A program made the translations under genes and the position numbers. The notes beneath the pieces are model-generated. The model searched no databases and was not told where the DNA came from. It saw nothing but the letters and a program-made list of their open reading frames with translations. This document shows, one piece after another, positions 9,114 to 18,581 of a stretch of 64,000 nt of DNA. The first letter of the stretch is position 1; the number at the start of each line of letters is the position of its first letter. Source of the stretch: Promethearchaeota archaeon (GTDB lineage Archaea; Asgardarchaeota; Lokiarchaeia; Sigyniarchaeales; SOKP01); NCBI GenBank assembly GCA_004524535.1, contig SDNY01000003.1, positions 1 to 64,000 on the forward strand, in the 5' to 3' direction.

Positions 9114-12100
9114 TCTAATTTTGGGACCTCCATAGCTTTATATCTAAAATATTGTTCAATCTTTGTATCATTCTGCTTTATATCTTTAATCGAATCAAAA
9201 CCAAAATTTAATTTAATTTTTTCTTCTAACGAGCTTATATTCAAATCGGAAAGTATAGAAAAATCAGTTCCCGCTTTATTTTCAAGAGCTTTATCAATGC
9301 CTTCAATGGATTCGAGCCTTTCAATCGCATTTTCATTTACACCATTAAAATATAAGTCGACAGTTCTTCCTTTACCTGGTAATTGAGCTAATAAATCTTT
9401 AGGACGGCCATAATCTATCATCCCTCTCATTCTCCCAAAAATGGCAACGCGGTGGCAAAATTGAGATTCTTCAGGATAATGAGTTACCACTATTAAAGTT
9501 GAATTAAATTGTTCATTGATTTTAGTCAGTGCTAACCAAAGATTTTCCCTCACCACTGGATCCAATCCACTAGTAGGTTCATCCATCCAAATAATAATAG
9601 GATCATGAATTAATGCCATAGCAATGGATACACGCCTCTTTTGACCCCCAGATAAATTTTTAACCTTTTCATGCATTTTATCTTCAATTTCTAAAGCAGT
9701 TAATATCCGCTTTGCTTTTTGCATGACCAATTTCTCTGTCATATCATATTGCTTTCCGAAATACATTATATTTTGCAAAGTCGTGAAATTTTGGTAAATT
9801 TTATCGAGATCTTGAGGGACATAACCATAAATTGGTCGCATCTTCTTATGTTTCTTCTTGACATTCATGCCATAAATCTGAATTTTTCCTTTATATTTTC
9901 GCATTCCTAAAAGGGATTTTACAAATGTTGACTTACCAGCACCACTCTCTCCTAATACTCCTAAAATTTCTCCATGCTTTAATTTCATCGACACAGACTT
10001 AACTATTAACTTTCTCCCAGCAAAAATATTTACATTCTCGCATAAAATGGCTGGAAACTTTTCCAAATATGATATATTATATTTTTCACCGACTCCAAAT
10101 CTTTCTTTCAATTTTTTGGAAACTGTTACATTTAATATGGAAATGATCTTGATAATGCCAAATAAAAGTAGTATTAACATTTCTATAATAAATATTGATG
10201 TAATTAAATCATTCCAAGGTTTTGGGTTAAAACTTTGGTCATAACTTAATTCTTCAATGAGCATTATACCATATGGTGTATTTCTTAAATCTCCACCAAA
10301 CATAGGAAAGTCTCCAACTCCTCCTGTGTTAGAACTGAGACAATCTTCGTACCAATCAATTAAATCTTCAATATTTTCTGGTTGAAAATCATATTCGTAT
10401 AGTCCCATTGCTGCGAAATATGATACGAAAAATGTCGATGGAAACTCAAAAAGATCTGAGATTACAGGGATCGGAGCAAAGCTTCCATCTTCATCTTGGG
10501 CTTTTTTCAAAAATTCTATTGCCGCAATTGTTGACATAGGGTCTATCTCTAAAATTTTTAAAGTTTTTAATCCAAAATAAGTTGAAATAGTGTCGCTATG
10601 AAACCCTAAAACTATTGGAAAACCCCCATCAGCGCTTTGGGCTGCTGAAATCCAATGAATTAAATTATCCTCATCAAGCTTATCCAAAGCTTCTAAAATC
10701 TTTAGTGATGCTACGGCCCAATATGTACTTTCCATAGTCGGCGTATCTGTTTCAATTAGATCAGTAAACATTTGACTTAATGGTCCAAAAATGGACATAA
10801 GTTCATTTATATCAACCCCTAATTCAAATCCTCCATCATCATCTTGAAGATCAACTAAATAATCAATTGTATCTTTTCTATCAGGAAGAGAAATATCTGA
10901 ATAAGTAAGTAATATTTCATAAAGATTAATTGCATGATAAGTTGCTAATAAACTTGTACTTCCACTAGGTTGAGAGCTAAATCCTCCATCTCCTTTATTA
11001 TAACAATCTTCCACATAATCCCACATATTATCTATATCAACATAATCAGTAAAATTATCAGGCTCGACGAGATATATCGATAATGCTCCTAAATAATTCG
11101 CTTCAAGTGAAGTATGCCCAAATAATCCGTTCTTTGCTTGATGAGTGTATAACCAGCTATAATAATTTTGAATATAGGTTTCGATATCCACCCCTGGCAA
11201 ATTAACCTTATCTCTGAGTAAATCTATTGACTTCATGGCAGCCCATCCAGATATAAAATCTGAACTACTATTCAAATAAGCATCTGATCCAAAACCTCCA
11301 TCTAACTTCCCACAATTAAGGATAAACTGAAGTGTTTCATTAGCTTTATCCGGTATAATATTTAAAGTATACATTGATGATAATGCATAAAAAGTAGATT
11401 GAACGTTGGATATTCCAACGCTAGAATATCCACCATCGATGTTTCTAAGACTCTTGAGATAATTTTCAATAGTTTTATTTTGAAATTGATTGAATTTTTG
11501 ACCTAATTCTAAATAAGCTTTAATTCTATAATACAATTGCTCAACAGATTCATCATCCCAATTACTTAGTTCTACATAATTAGTAATATTTGGATTACTA
11601 AGAATAGATTTGGCGTTAAATATATTAGCCATATGAATTGCACAATATGTAGATCTAATATCGGGCAAAGGTGCGTATTCATTATATTTAAAACCCCATC
11701 CATCCTCTAAAAGACAATTTTGGATATAAGTTAAAATTTTCCCGATTTCATCGGATTTTGAATATAAATAAGTAGGATTTAATAAATCTATAATCTCTAT
11801 TACCTCATAAGTTGAAAACATGTTGCCTAAACCACCAATATCAGAAAACGAACCATTATTGTTCTGTTTTTCAAATAAATAATCAAAAAAGAACTCATCA
11901 TAATCCCTTATATAACTAATTGACCTAGGAAAAATTAAATCAGTTAAATATGGATAAACATGAGAAAAATCAATTGAATCAATTGCACGGAAGTTTGCAT
12001 CGATTTCAGGTTCAATAAAAAGATCAGAATCAGAATTTTTGTGTGAATATGAAAACTCCATCATATCTTCTTTCAAATCTTGAAGTTCATCATCATCATA

Positions 12101-12208
12101 ATATTTTATCCAAGGATAATTTATGACAGCTAAAATCGTAAGCTGCAAAGTGAACAATGCTGATAAAAATAATAAAATTTTTAATTTTCGTTTTGTTTTA
12201 TCTTCTAT
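9110..12208 (-). CDS. Fusion: prenyltransferase/squalene-cyclase-like repeats + TM helix + ABC ATPase (probable ATA start at 12208)
   Basis: Repeated Q..DGGF…STY.A motifs; TM near aa 670-695; GESGAGKS, LSGGQ, WMDEPTSGLD. Frame extends 17 codons upstream of the ORF-track start to an ATA preceded by AGGTGA. Confidence 0.85.
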   Translation of the reverse strand: MEDKTKRKLKILLFLSALFTLQLTILAVINYPWIKYYDDDELQDLKEDMMEFSYSHKNSDSDLFIEPEIDANFRAIDSIDFSHVYPYLTDLIFPRSISYIRDYDEFFFDYLFEKQNNNGSFSDIGGLGNMFSTYEVIEIIDLLNPTYLYSKSDEIGKILTYIQNCLLEDGWGFKYNEYAPLPDIRSTYCAIHMANIFNAKSILSNPNITNYVELSNWDDESVEQLYYRIKAYLELGQKFNQFQNKTIENYLKSLRNIDGGYSSVGISNVQSTFYALSSMYTLNIIPDKANETLQFILNCGKLDGGFGSDAYLNSSSDFISGWAAMKSIDLLRDKVNLPGVDIETYIQNYYSWLYTHQAKNGLFGHTSLEANYLGALSIYLVEPDNFTDYVDIDNMWDYVEDCYNKGDGGFSSQPSGSTSLLATYHAINLYEILLTYSDISLPDRKDTIDYLVDLQDDDGGFELGVDINELMSIFGPLSQMFTDLIETDTPTMESTYWAVASLKILEALDKLDEDNLIHWISAAQSADGGFPIVLGFHSDTISTYFGLKTLKILEIDPMSTIAAIEFLKKAQDEDGSFAPIPVISDLFEFPSTFFVSYFAAMGLYEYDFQPENIEDLIDWYEDCLSSNTGGVGDFPMFGGDLRNTPYGIMLIEELSYDQSFNPKPWNDLITSIFIIEMLILLLFGIIKIISILNVTVSKKLKERFGVGEKYNISYLEKFPAILCENVNIFAGRKLIVKSVSMKLKHGEILGVLGESGAGKSTFVKSLLGMRKYKGKIQIYGMNVKKKHKKMRPIYGYVPQDLDKIYQNFTTLQNIMYFGKQYDMTEKLVMQKAKRILTALEIEDKMHEKVKNLSGGQKRRVSIAMALIHDPIIIWMDEPTSGLDPVVRENLWLALTKINEQFNSTLIVVTHYPEESQFCHRVAIFGRMRGMIDYGRPKDLLAQLPGKGRTVDLYFNGVNENAIERLESIEGIDKALENKAGTDFSILSDLNISSLEEKIKLNFGFDSIKDIKQNDTKIEQYFRYKAMEVPKLE

Positions 12209-13270
12209 TACGCCTCACCTTCCATTATTTGTTCGCTTTCTCTTAATTTCCTTTCTTTCTCCTGTTCTTCTTGGATTCTAATCTGGAAATACCTTCTAAA
12301 AGTAGCATTATCCTTACTCATGGAAGTAACTTTTAAATTGTTTTTTATCGTATATTCAATTAATTTCTGAAGGTTTTCTTCAAAATCCTCAATAAACACT
12401 TCAATTATTTCATTTCCGACACGTATTGTTTTTTGGACGGGTGTAAAATTTTTAATAATTTTAATTTTATTCTCAGTAAGATCCTCAATAGTTAATCTAG
12501 TTAATAAGCCACCACTCGGGAGTGATGCTATGAGATTATCATTAGAATCGAATTCTAATAATTTTCCATCTCTTAAAATCGCGCTTTTATCACATATTAA
12601 GGCTGCCTCCATATCGTGTGTGATAAGAAACATTGTCGTTCCTAATTTTCGATTTAACTTTTTTAAATATGAGAGAACTTCATATCTTTTTGCTGCGTCT
12701 ACACCTTTTACCTCCAACTGCGTCTTACGCTAGTATGGATGTGGTAGGCTCGTCAAGAAAAAGAATTTTAGGCTGATGGATTAAACCAATAGCCACTGAA
12801 ACTCTCTTTTTTTCTCCTCCGCTTAATTTTTTTAATCGTTTTTTCCAAGTATCTTCCGGAATGTCAAGTATCGAAAATAGTTCTTTTGCTATTTCTTTCG
12901 CATTTTTTTTTTTCAATCCATAGGTCGATGCAAATGTTTCTACATTCGCCATAGGAGACAACTCATAGTAAAGATTGAGACCTTCAAGTTGAGGAACATA
13001 TCCAATATTGCTTAAGATTTTTGGATGATTTCTACTTTGTGCGGGATTTAAATCGGTGACTTTTACATTCCCATTCCAGTTCTTTTTATTGAGCTGGCAC
13101 GTAAGTACTCGTATAATAGTTGTTTTGCCAGCACCACTGATACCAAATAAACCGATTATTTCTCCGGATTTCACTTGAAAAGATACATCATGAACGACCT
13201 GTTTGTCTCCGAATTTAACATTTAAATTTTCGACATTTACCATTACATCCGTTATGTTTTCTGACTTCAA
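12208..13270 (-). CDS. ABC transporter ATP-binding protein, predicted spliced from exons 13270-12741 and 12706-12208 (342 aa)
   Basis: ORF track splits it in two. Walker A GISGAGKT and LSGGE lie in the 5' part; removing the 34-nt BHB insert restores FLDEPTTGVDAAKR and the downstream ITHDM H-loop. Confidence 0.92.
12707..12740 (-). other. Predicted 34-nt BHB intron (phase 2) in ABC ATPase mRNA
   Basis: Central helix UACC/GGUA perfect; bulges AC^A and AA^A; exon helix GCC/GGU; internal hairpin UCCA(U)ACU(A)GCGU-AAG-ACGC-AGU-UGGA; contains in-frame UAA. Confidence 0.92.
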
Positions 13271-13324
13271 GATTTTAAATTCAAACCTCCTTTATTTTTT
13301 TTTTTATATTTTTTCTTTAAATCA

Positions 13325-14557
13325 TTATACCTCATATCTTTTTCTTTTAATTACCAAAAATGAAAGTACTATAAACGCAAGACTTAAAATAAGTAAAGCA
13401 AAAAAGTCGAAGCAAAAGACTGATTTCCCTTTTGATAGGATTCCATTTATCATTGGTTTTCCATGAGATAATGGTAAGATAAACGCTACTATTTGTAAAT
13501 ATTCAGGCATGGATTCTATAGGAACAAAAATTCCACTTAAAAGGGCAATTACGATAAAGGCCGCGAAGAATAGTTGATTGGCTTCTGTCTTTGTTTTACT
13601 TACTGTACTGATAAACATTCCTAAAGAGACGCCCGTAAAGCCTAAAATGAATAAGGCCAAAAATATATCAAATAACGAGCCGGCCACATAGAGACCATTA
13701 AGAAGTGAAGTTGAAAGAATTATAAATACTTGGAGCGCTAAGATAATAGAATATGTAATATATTTGGACAAGAGAATTTCATGTTTTTTAGCAGGGGTTA
13801 GTAAAAGACGAGCGATAGGTTTTTCTTGTACGACTACTAAAATAGTAAGTACAGTGCTAATTCCGAAAATCATAAATGAAAATAATATAATCATGCTATA
13901 ATTGAACCTGAAATTATAATCAGATGGTACTGAATACTCTTCGTATTCCATAAGGACGAATTGAGGGTCTAAATTGTTATCTTCTACAAAAAGATCAATT
14001 GAATCCTCAACGGCATTAAGTTTTTCTTGGATATAGAATATTTCTGAGCTATCTGGTATACATTCGATTATCCCAGGTAAATCTGTAGATAAAAACTCTG
14101 AGAACTCTACAGGAATCTCAATAATAATTCCAATTTTACTATCACGTAAATCATCTCTTGCCTTTTCCATAGCATATTTTTCTTCACTTGCATCGTAGAA
14201 ATCAACAAGGTCCAAATATTTAGATTTTTCGACAGCGTCTAAATATTTTTCAGTAAAATTATCCCAAAAAGTTGTAATTGTATAGTTATCTTGATTGACA
14301 TATAATTCGGAATCATAGCTAACAACAGTACATTTAACTGGAATAATTTCTGAGGCACCAGCAGAAGACATGGAAGCAAACATCCATATTATTAGTGGTG
14401 GTAATGCAAGGGCAATAAAGAGATTGATTTTATCGGTTTTTAAAAGCTGGAATTCTTTTTTTATCTGTTTTGCCAATCGAAATAATCGAATTTTTAATTT
14501 TAAAAAACCACCGGTATACGTGTCATTGCTACTCATTTGATTATTCTTGTCATCCAA
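13325..14557 (-). CDS. ABC-2 type transporter permease
   Basis: IKKEF…, RLLLTP…EILLSK, LGMFISTVSKT, LSGIFVPIESMP motifs. Confidence 0.9.
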   Translation of the reverse strand: MDDKNNQMSSNDTYTGGFLKLKIRLFRLAKQIKKEFQLLKTDKINLFIALALPPLIIWMFASMSSAGASEIIPVKCTVVSYDSELYVNQDNYTITTFWDNFTEKYLDAVEKSKYLDLVDFYDASEEKYAMEKARDDLRDSKIGIIIEIPVEFSEFLSTDLPGIIECIPDSSEIFYIQEKLNAVEDSIDLFVEDNNLDPQFVLMEYEEYSVPSDYNFRFNYSMIILFSFMIFGISTVLTILVVVQEKPIARLLLTPAKKHEILLSKYITYSIILALQVFIILSTSLLNGLYVAGSLFDIFLALFILGFTGVSLGMFISTVSKTKTEANQLFFAAFIVIALLSGIFVPIESMPEYLQIVAFILPLSHGKPMINGILSKGKSVFCFDFFALLILSLAFIVLSFLVIKRKRYEV

Positions 14558-14563
14558 TATTTA

Positions 14564-15730
14564 TCAGACCTCCACCTTTTTAAATCTATAAGCAATATAT
14601 GCTCCTATTATGAAAACCAAAGAAATCAAATTTAAACTAAGAAAGTGGAATAAATCAATAGGTAAGCCTTTTTTAGTAATTTCATTTATTAATGGAACAG
14701 CATGACTTAATGGCAACGCGTTGATTATGAATTGCATTGCAACCGGTAATGTATCCATTCTTATGAATGAGCCTGAAAACATCAATAAAGCGATAAAAAG
14801 CATTATATAGAGTTGGTTTGCTTGTTGTTCCGTCTTACTTATTGAGGAAATGAATAAACCTATACAAATCCCACAAAAACCTATTGCAATTAAAATCAGA
14901 TAGAGACTAAACAAGGATCCTAAAGAAAACATCCCAAATATCGCTGATAGAGCAAATATAATTGTTACCTGGAATAACATTATTATTGAATTTGCTATCA
15001 GTTTACTTAAGATTATTTCTTTTTTAGCGGTCGGTGTGAGTTGTAAGCGGGGGAGCGGTCCTTCAGACACAATTGATAAGGAAGTAAGATTCATTAACAA
15101 TCCTAGAATAAGCATTGATAAAACTATGGATAGAGCATAGTTCAAAACTTGAGTCTCCCAATACGGCACCTCATATTCAAGGTAAGGAAACATTGTTACG
15201 AAATTAACCGTTTTCCGTATCCTAATTTTAAACAAACCAATTGGTTCCTGAATCGCCACATCAACTGCATCAACCGCCTCTAAATCTGATCCATCGATGT
15301 AATAAGTAAGAGTTGTATCAGTTTCGTTCTCTATTGTTTCAGAGAAATCTTCCTCCAAAATAATAAATACATCTATGATTTCATTCCTTAGGAGCTCAAA
15401 GCACTCTTCAAATGCATCATCATATTCTTCCTCATTATCACATGAATATGAATCAATAAGGCCCCATGCTGAACAATCATCCTCCACAACATCAATAAAT
15501 ATATCGTCATAATTAAGGGTAGAATTTGATTCAAGAGGGAATTCAGGAGTTTCGTATGGTATATTATCACGGGAAATAATTGCTGCGTTATAGAATTCAG
15601 TGGGGCCTCCTCCACTAGTTAGACCGAATATCACGATTAATATGACTGGGATTGTAAATATTAAAATTAAAGTTCTTTTATCTGCTTTAATTCTACTAAA
15701 TTCTTTCCTTATTAAACCGCTTAAATACAT
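14564..15730 (-). CDS. ABC-2 type transporter permease
   Basis: LIRKEFSRIKADKRTL, IGLFISSISKTEQQA, FSGSF…LPLSHA. Confidence 0.9.
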   Translation of the reverse strand: MYLSGLIRKEFSRIKADKRTLILIFTIPVILIVIFGLTSGGGPTEFYNAAIISRDNIPYETPEFPLESNSTLNYDDIFIDVVEDDCSAWGLIDSYSCDNEEEYDDAFEECFELLRNEIIDVFIILEEDFSETIENETDTTLTYYIDGSDLEAVDAVDVAIQEPIGLFKIRIRKTVNFVTMFPYLEYEVPYWETQVLNYALSIVLSMLILGLLMNLTSLSIVSEGPLPRLQLTPTAKKEIILSKLIANSIIMLFQVTIIFALSAIFGMFSLGSLFSLYLILIAIGFCGICIGLFISSISKTEQQANQLYIMLFIALLMFSGSFIRMDTLPVAMQFIINALPLSHAVPLINEITKKGLPIDLFHFLSLNLISLVFIIGAYIAYRFKKVEV

Positions 15731-15871
15731 AAATAATGCTATTAATTGTAAATATTCCGCATTGTAAACTCTTATTTTGTATTATAATACAACAATTCAT
15801 ATTAATTTTTTAAAGTCTTTCTAGATCTGAGTTATAAAGAAAAAAAATTTTGTCAAAAGCTTCACATACTT

Positions 15872-16633
15872 TTATTTCTTCTTCATGAAAAGCTTTTTCA
15901 TCCATTCGGGTAACATAAAGCTTCCATAAAAAAAAATCGCAGAAAATAATAAAAAGATTCTTGCTAAGATTCTTATAGATATAGCGCCTTCATAAATTGG
16001 TTCTAATGTATTGTAAACTATAGTATCAATTGTCATTCCAATTATGAAAAGAAGCATTCCTAATAATAACAAGTTACCTTTTAATCTGAGTTCATATTCA
16101 TTCGATTTACGTAAATCTAAAAACACAATTGTACATCCTATAATTAACATGATTATACCTAAGAATAAATAAATTAGGAGAAAGATACCAAATTTTATGG
16201 TTATCTCGCTAGTATAATCCCCGATCAATATGCGATTATAGGGTGAAAAAAGAAAGATAAAGAAGAGAGGTTCCATAATTGCGGTGTATATTAATTCGAA
16301 AGTTAATATAATTTTTTTTTTTTCCTTGTATAATAAATCTGTAAGTAATGTAAAAAGCCCCCACATACTAATGGGAATAAAAGCATAACCAACAATGAAA
16401 TAAACTTCATAAGGAATCCCAGAATTGGTAAAAAGATACCAAAAAAAGGCCAATTCCACGGCCCAATAAGCTTCAAAAAGGAAAAAAAGTCCTATTCCCG
16501 TAGTAAGGATTGTCCGATTTTTATATTGAACATATTTTTTGATTAATATAATAAATATAACAGTTAAAAAAATTAATAAAATTAAAGTTATAATACCATT
16601 AATAAACACAGCAGGGGCCATACTAGCTAACAA
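15872..16633 (-). CDS. Hypothetical membrane protein (about 7 TM)
   Basis: 253-aa hydrophobic ORF ending GSFMLPEWMKKLF. Confidence 0.75.
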   Translation of the reverse strand: MLASMAPAVFINGIITLILLIFLTVIFIILIKKYVQYKNRTILTTGIGLFFLFEAYWAVELAFFWYLFTNSGIPYEVYFIVGYAFIPISMWGLFTLLTDLLYKEKKKIILTFELIYTAIMEPLFFIFLFSPYNRILIGDYTSEITIKFGIFLLIYLFLGIIMLIIGCTIVFLDLRKSNEYELRLKGNLLLLGMLLFIIGMTIDTIVYNTLEPIYEGAISIRILARIFLLFSAIFFYGSFMLPEWMKKLFMKKK

Positions 16634-16823
16634 TCCATCTCATCTCTTTATTATTTCTATATTCAGAATCTAAAAACATATATCTTAGTAAGTAATTCAT
16701 ATGTATATTAATTATATAAATTAATCATTTCTGACTATGAGTCTTCTGAGGAAAATTATAAGAGTTTTATTGATATAATAGGAGTTATAAAAATAATATG
16801 TAATTATAATAAATGTGCTATTC

Positions 16824-17684
16824 TTACATGAATCCAAAAAAATCGGCGGTTGCGGAAGGTCTCTTTAACTCTGCATTAAAATAAGTTTCCGCAATTTCTA
16901 TTATGAATTGTAAATAATCGCTCGGCAATTTCACTTTATATATGGAAAAAAAGTGATCAAAAATCTTTTTTGTGATGAAATCTTGGTTTTCCTCGAGCGA
17001 GTCGTTGAACTCAATGATTTGTTCAGCTAACTTATAAACTTTTTGAATTTCATTTTTTATAATAATTAGACTTGTATATGGATCAATCTCTGAGTAAAAT
17101 TTCTGTGCAATAGTACTTTCTATTTTTAATTTTCTCTGATTAATGAATTTGGTTTTATCTTGAATGATTTTGAGTCCTTCAACTACAATATAATCTTTAT
17201 ATTTTTTTTTGTCGTTTTTATAATCGGCACGCTTAATAATCAAGAGTTCCGTATTAAACGTATCTCCAATAATGTATCCAAAAAATTTTTTAAATTGGCC
17301 ATTAAGGAACTCTTGATCTGAGAGTAATACTATGTTTTTATTAAAGATAATACAAGAAATAATTTTGATCATTAGCGAGGGAACAATATTAAGCTTGATT
17401 ATGTCTAAATCTAAATCTTTATCAATTTCTTCGTCTATTTTTACTTCTTTAAAACCAATTTCAGGTATTTGAACTTTAAAATCGCATATAAAGCAATCTC
17501 TTACATCGAGATTTTTATCAATATACGCAACAAAAGAATGTTCGCATACTAAATCTTGCGAAACATTAATGGCTGAGACGCCTCGTTTACTTTCCAAAAT
17601 AAAATTCTTTTCTACCCAAATCTCACCCTTCTTGGAGCAGACAGGACATCTGATTTCAACTTTTACTTCTAATTTGGAGGACAT
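16824..17684 (-). CDS. Hypothetical protein with N-terminal CPxC…CxH zinc-binding domain
   Basis: CPVC…CEHSFVAYIDKNLDVR; long ORF with ATG start. Confidence 0.75.
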   Translation of the reverse strand: MSSKLEVKVEIRCPVCSKKGEIWVEKNFILESKRGVSAINVSQDLVCEHSFVAYIDKNLDVRDCFICDFKVQIPEIGFKEVKIDEEIDKDLDLDIIKLNIVPSLMIKIISCIIFNKNIVLLSDQEFLNGQFKKFFGYIIGDTFNTELLIIKRADYKNDKKKYKDYIVVEGLKIIQDKTKFINQRKLKIESTIAQKFYSEIDPYTSLIIIKNEIQKVYKLAEQIIEFNDSLEENQDFITKKIFDHFFSIYKVKLPSDYLQFIIEIAETYFNAELKRPSATADFFGFM

Positions 17685-17943
17685 TTTTACAAATTATAAT
17701 AATTATATCATTAAAAATTGATATGCAATATCTGATTCTCTTGTTCAATCTTTACTAATTATACAAAAATATACCTATAAATATTCATCACTAAAGACTA
17801 ATATATAGTTATCTGTCATTGATGATTTATTACTATTAATATAGAAGTGTAATTTAGGATTTAAATATTAAAGTTTTTGATTAGGAATAGATGTTTCTGG
17901 GATGACCACAGCCAGGATATTTCCAATCAGCGGCATTTTTTTT

Positions 17944-18579
17944 TTAATTCCTGCTTTTTAATCCTTGTCTTCTCTTTTTATCTTTTATGATAAACTCTTT
18001 AAATTCTGAATTATCATCATCTATGAATTCCCAAAATTCTTCGTATATTTCTTTAAGAGTCATTACCTTTTCCTCATTGGATACAATTTTTTCAGGTTCA
18101 CTATTCATATGTATATTTTTTACCTTTTTTGGTTTATATTCAAGATAATTTCCTTCAAGAATTAGATTTTCGAAAAGATCATCATTGCTTTTATTGAAAT
18201 TGTCAATATTAGCCTCCTTATTTTTATTAAGAGCCAAATCAAGGTCTACTTTTTGATATCCCCGAACTTTAAATTGTTTATCAATGAAAACTTGAAAATG
18301 ATGTTTACAAACTAAATCTTTAGGTATAGATACTGTTGTTAGACCAGTTTGGTTGATAATTGATACTGGAACAGTGATATCCTTTTTAGATTTACAAATA
18401 GGGCATATAACATTTACAATCTTAACTTTTTGTGAAGAAACATCAATTTCACTTAATTCTGAATTTGAAAACGAGTCTTTCAACATAAATAAGTCACTAT
18501 TCATATTTTTAAAAACAAAGTTAAAAAGTCGTAAATTATTGATATCTAATAATTTTAAACTTATTTTTCCTTTATCCAA
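17944..18579 (-). CDS. Hypothetical protein with CPxC…CxH zinc-binding domain (true start probably further downstream)
   Basis: CPIC…CKHHFQVFIDKQFKVR, paralogous to neighbour; the ORF-track start leaves no promoter space before the divergent gene. Confidence 0.7.
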   Translation of the reverse strand: MDKGKISLKLLDINNLRLFNFVFKNMNSDLFMLKDSFSNSELSEIDVSSQKVKIVNVICPICKSKKDITVPVSIINQTGLTTVSIPKDLVCKHHFQVFIDKQFKVRGYQKVDLDLALNKNKEANIDNFNKSNDDLFENLILEGNYLEYKPKKVKNIHMNSEPEKIVSNEEKVMTLKEIYEEFWEFIDDDNSEFKEFIIKDKKRRQGLKSRN

Positions 18580-18581
18580 TT

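Noticed and set aside
12208-12717. ORF-track 169-aa protein starting MEVKGVD
   Set aside because: Its TTG start lies inside the predicted intron; it is exon 2 of the ABC ATPase
12707-12740. Sequencing-error or programmed-frameshift explanation for the split ABC gene
   Set aside because: Restoring the motif requires removing 34 nt of structured sequence, not a 1-nt slip
17885-17936. GC-richer intergenic patch, possible sRNA or SECIS
   Set aside because: No convincing C/D boxes or SECIS fold, and no in-frame TGA selenoprotein nearby
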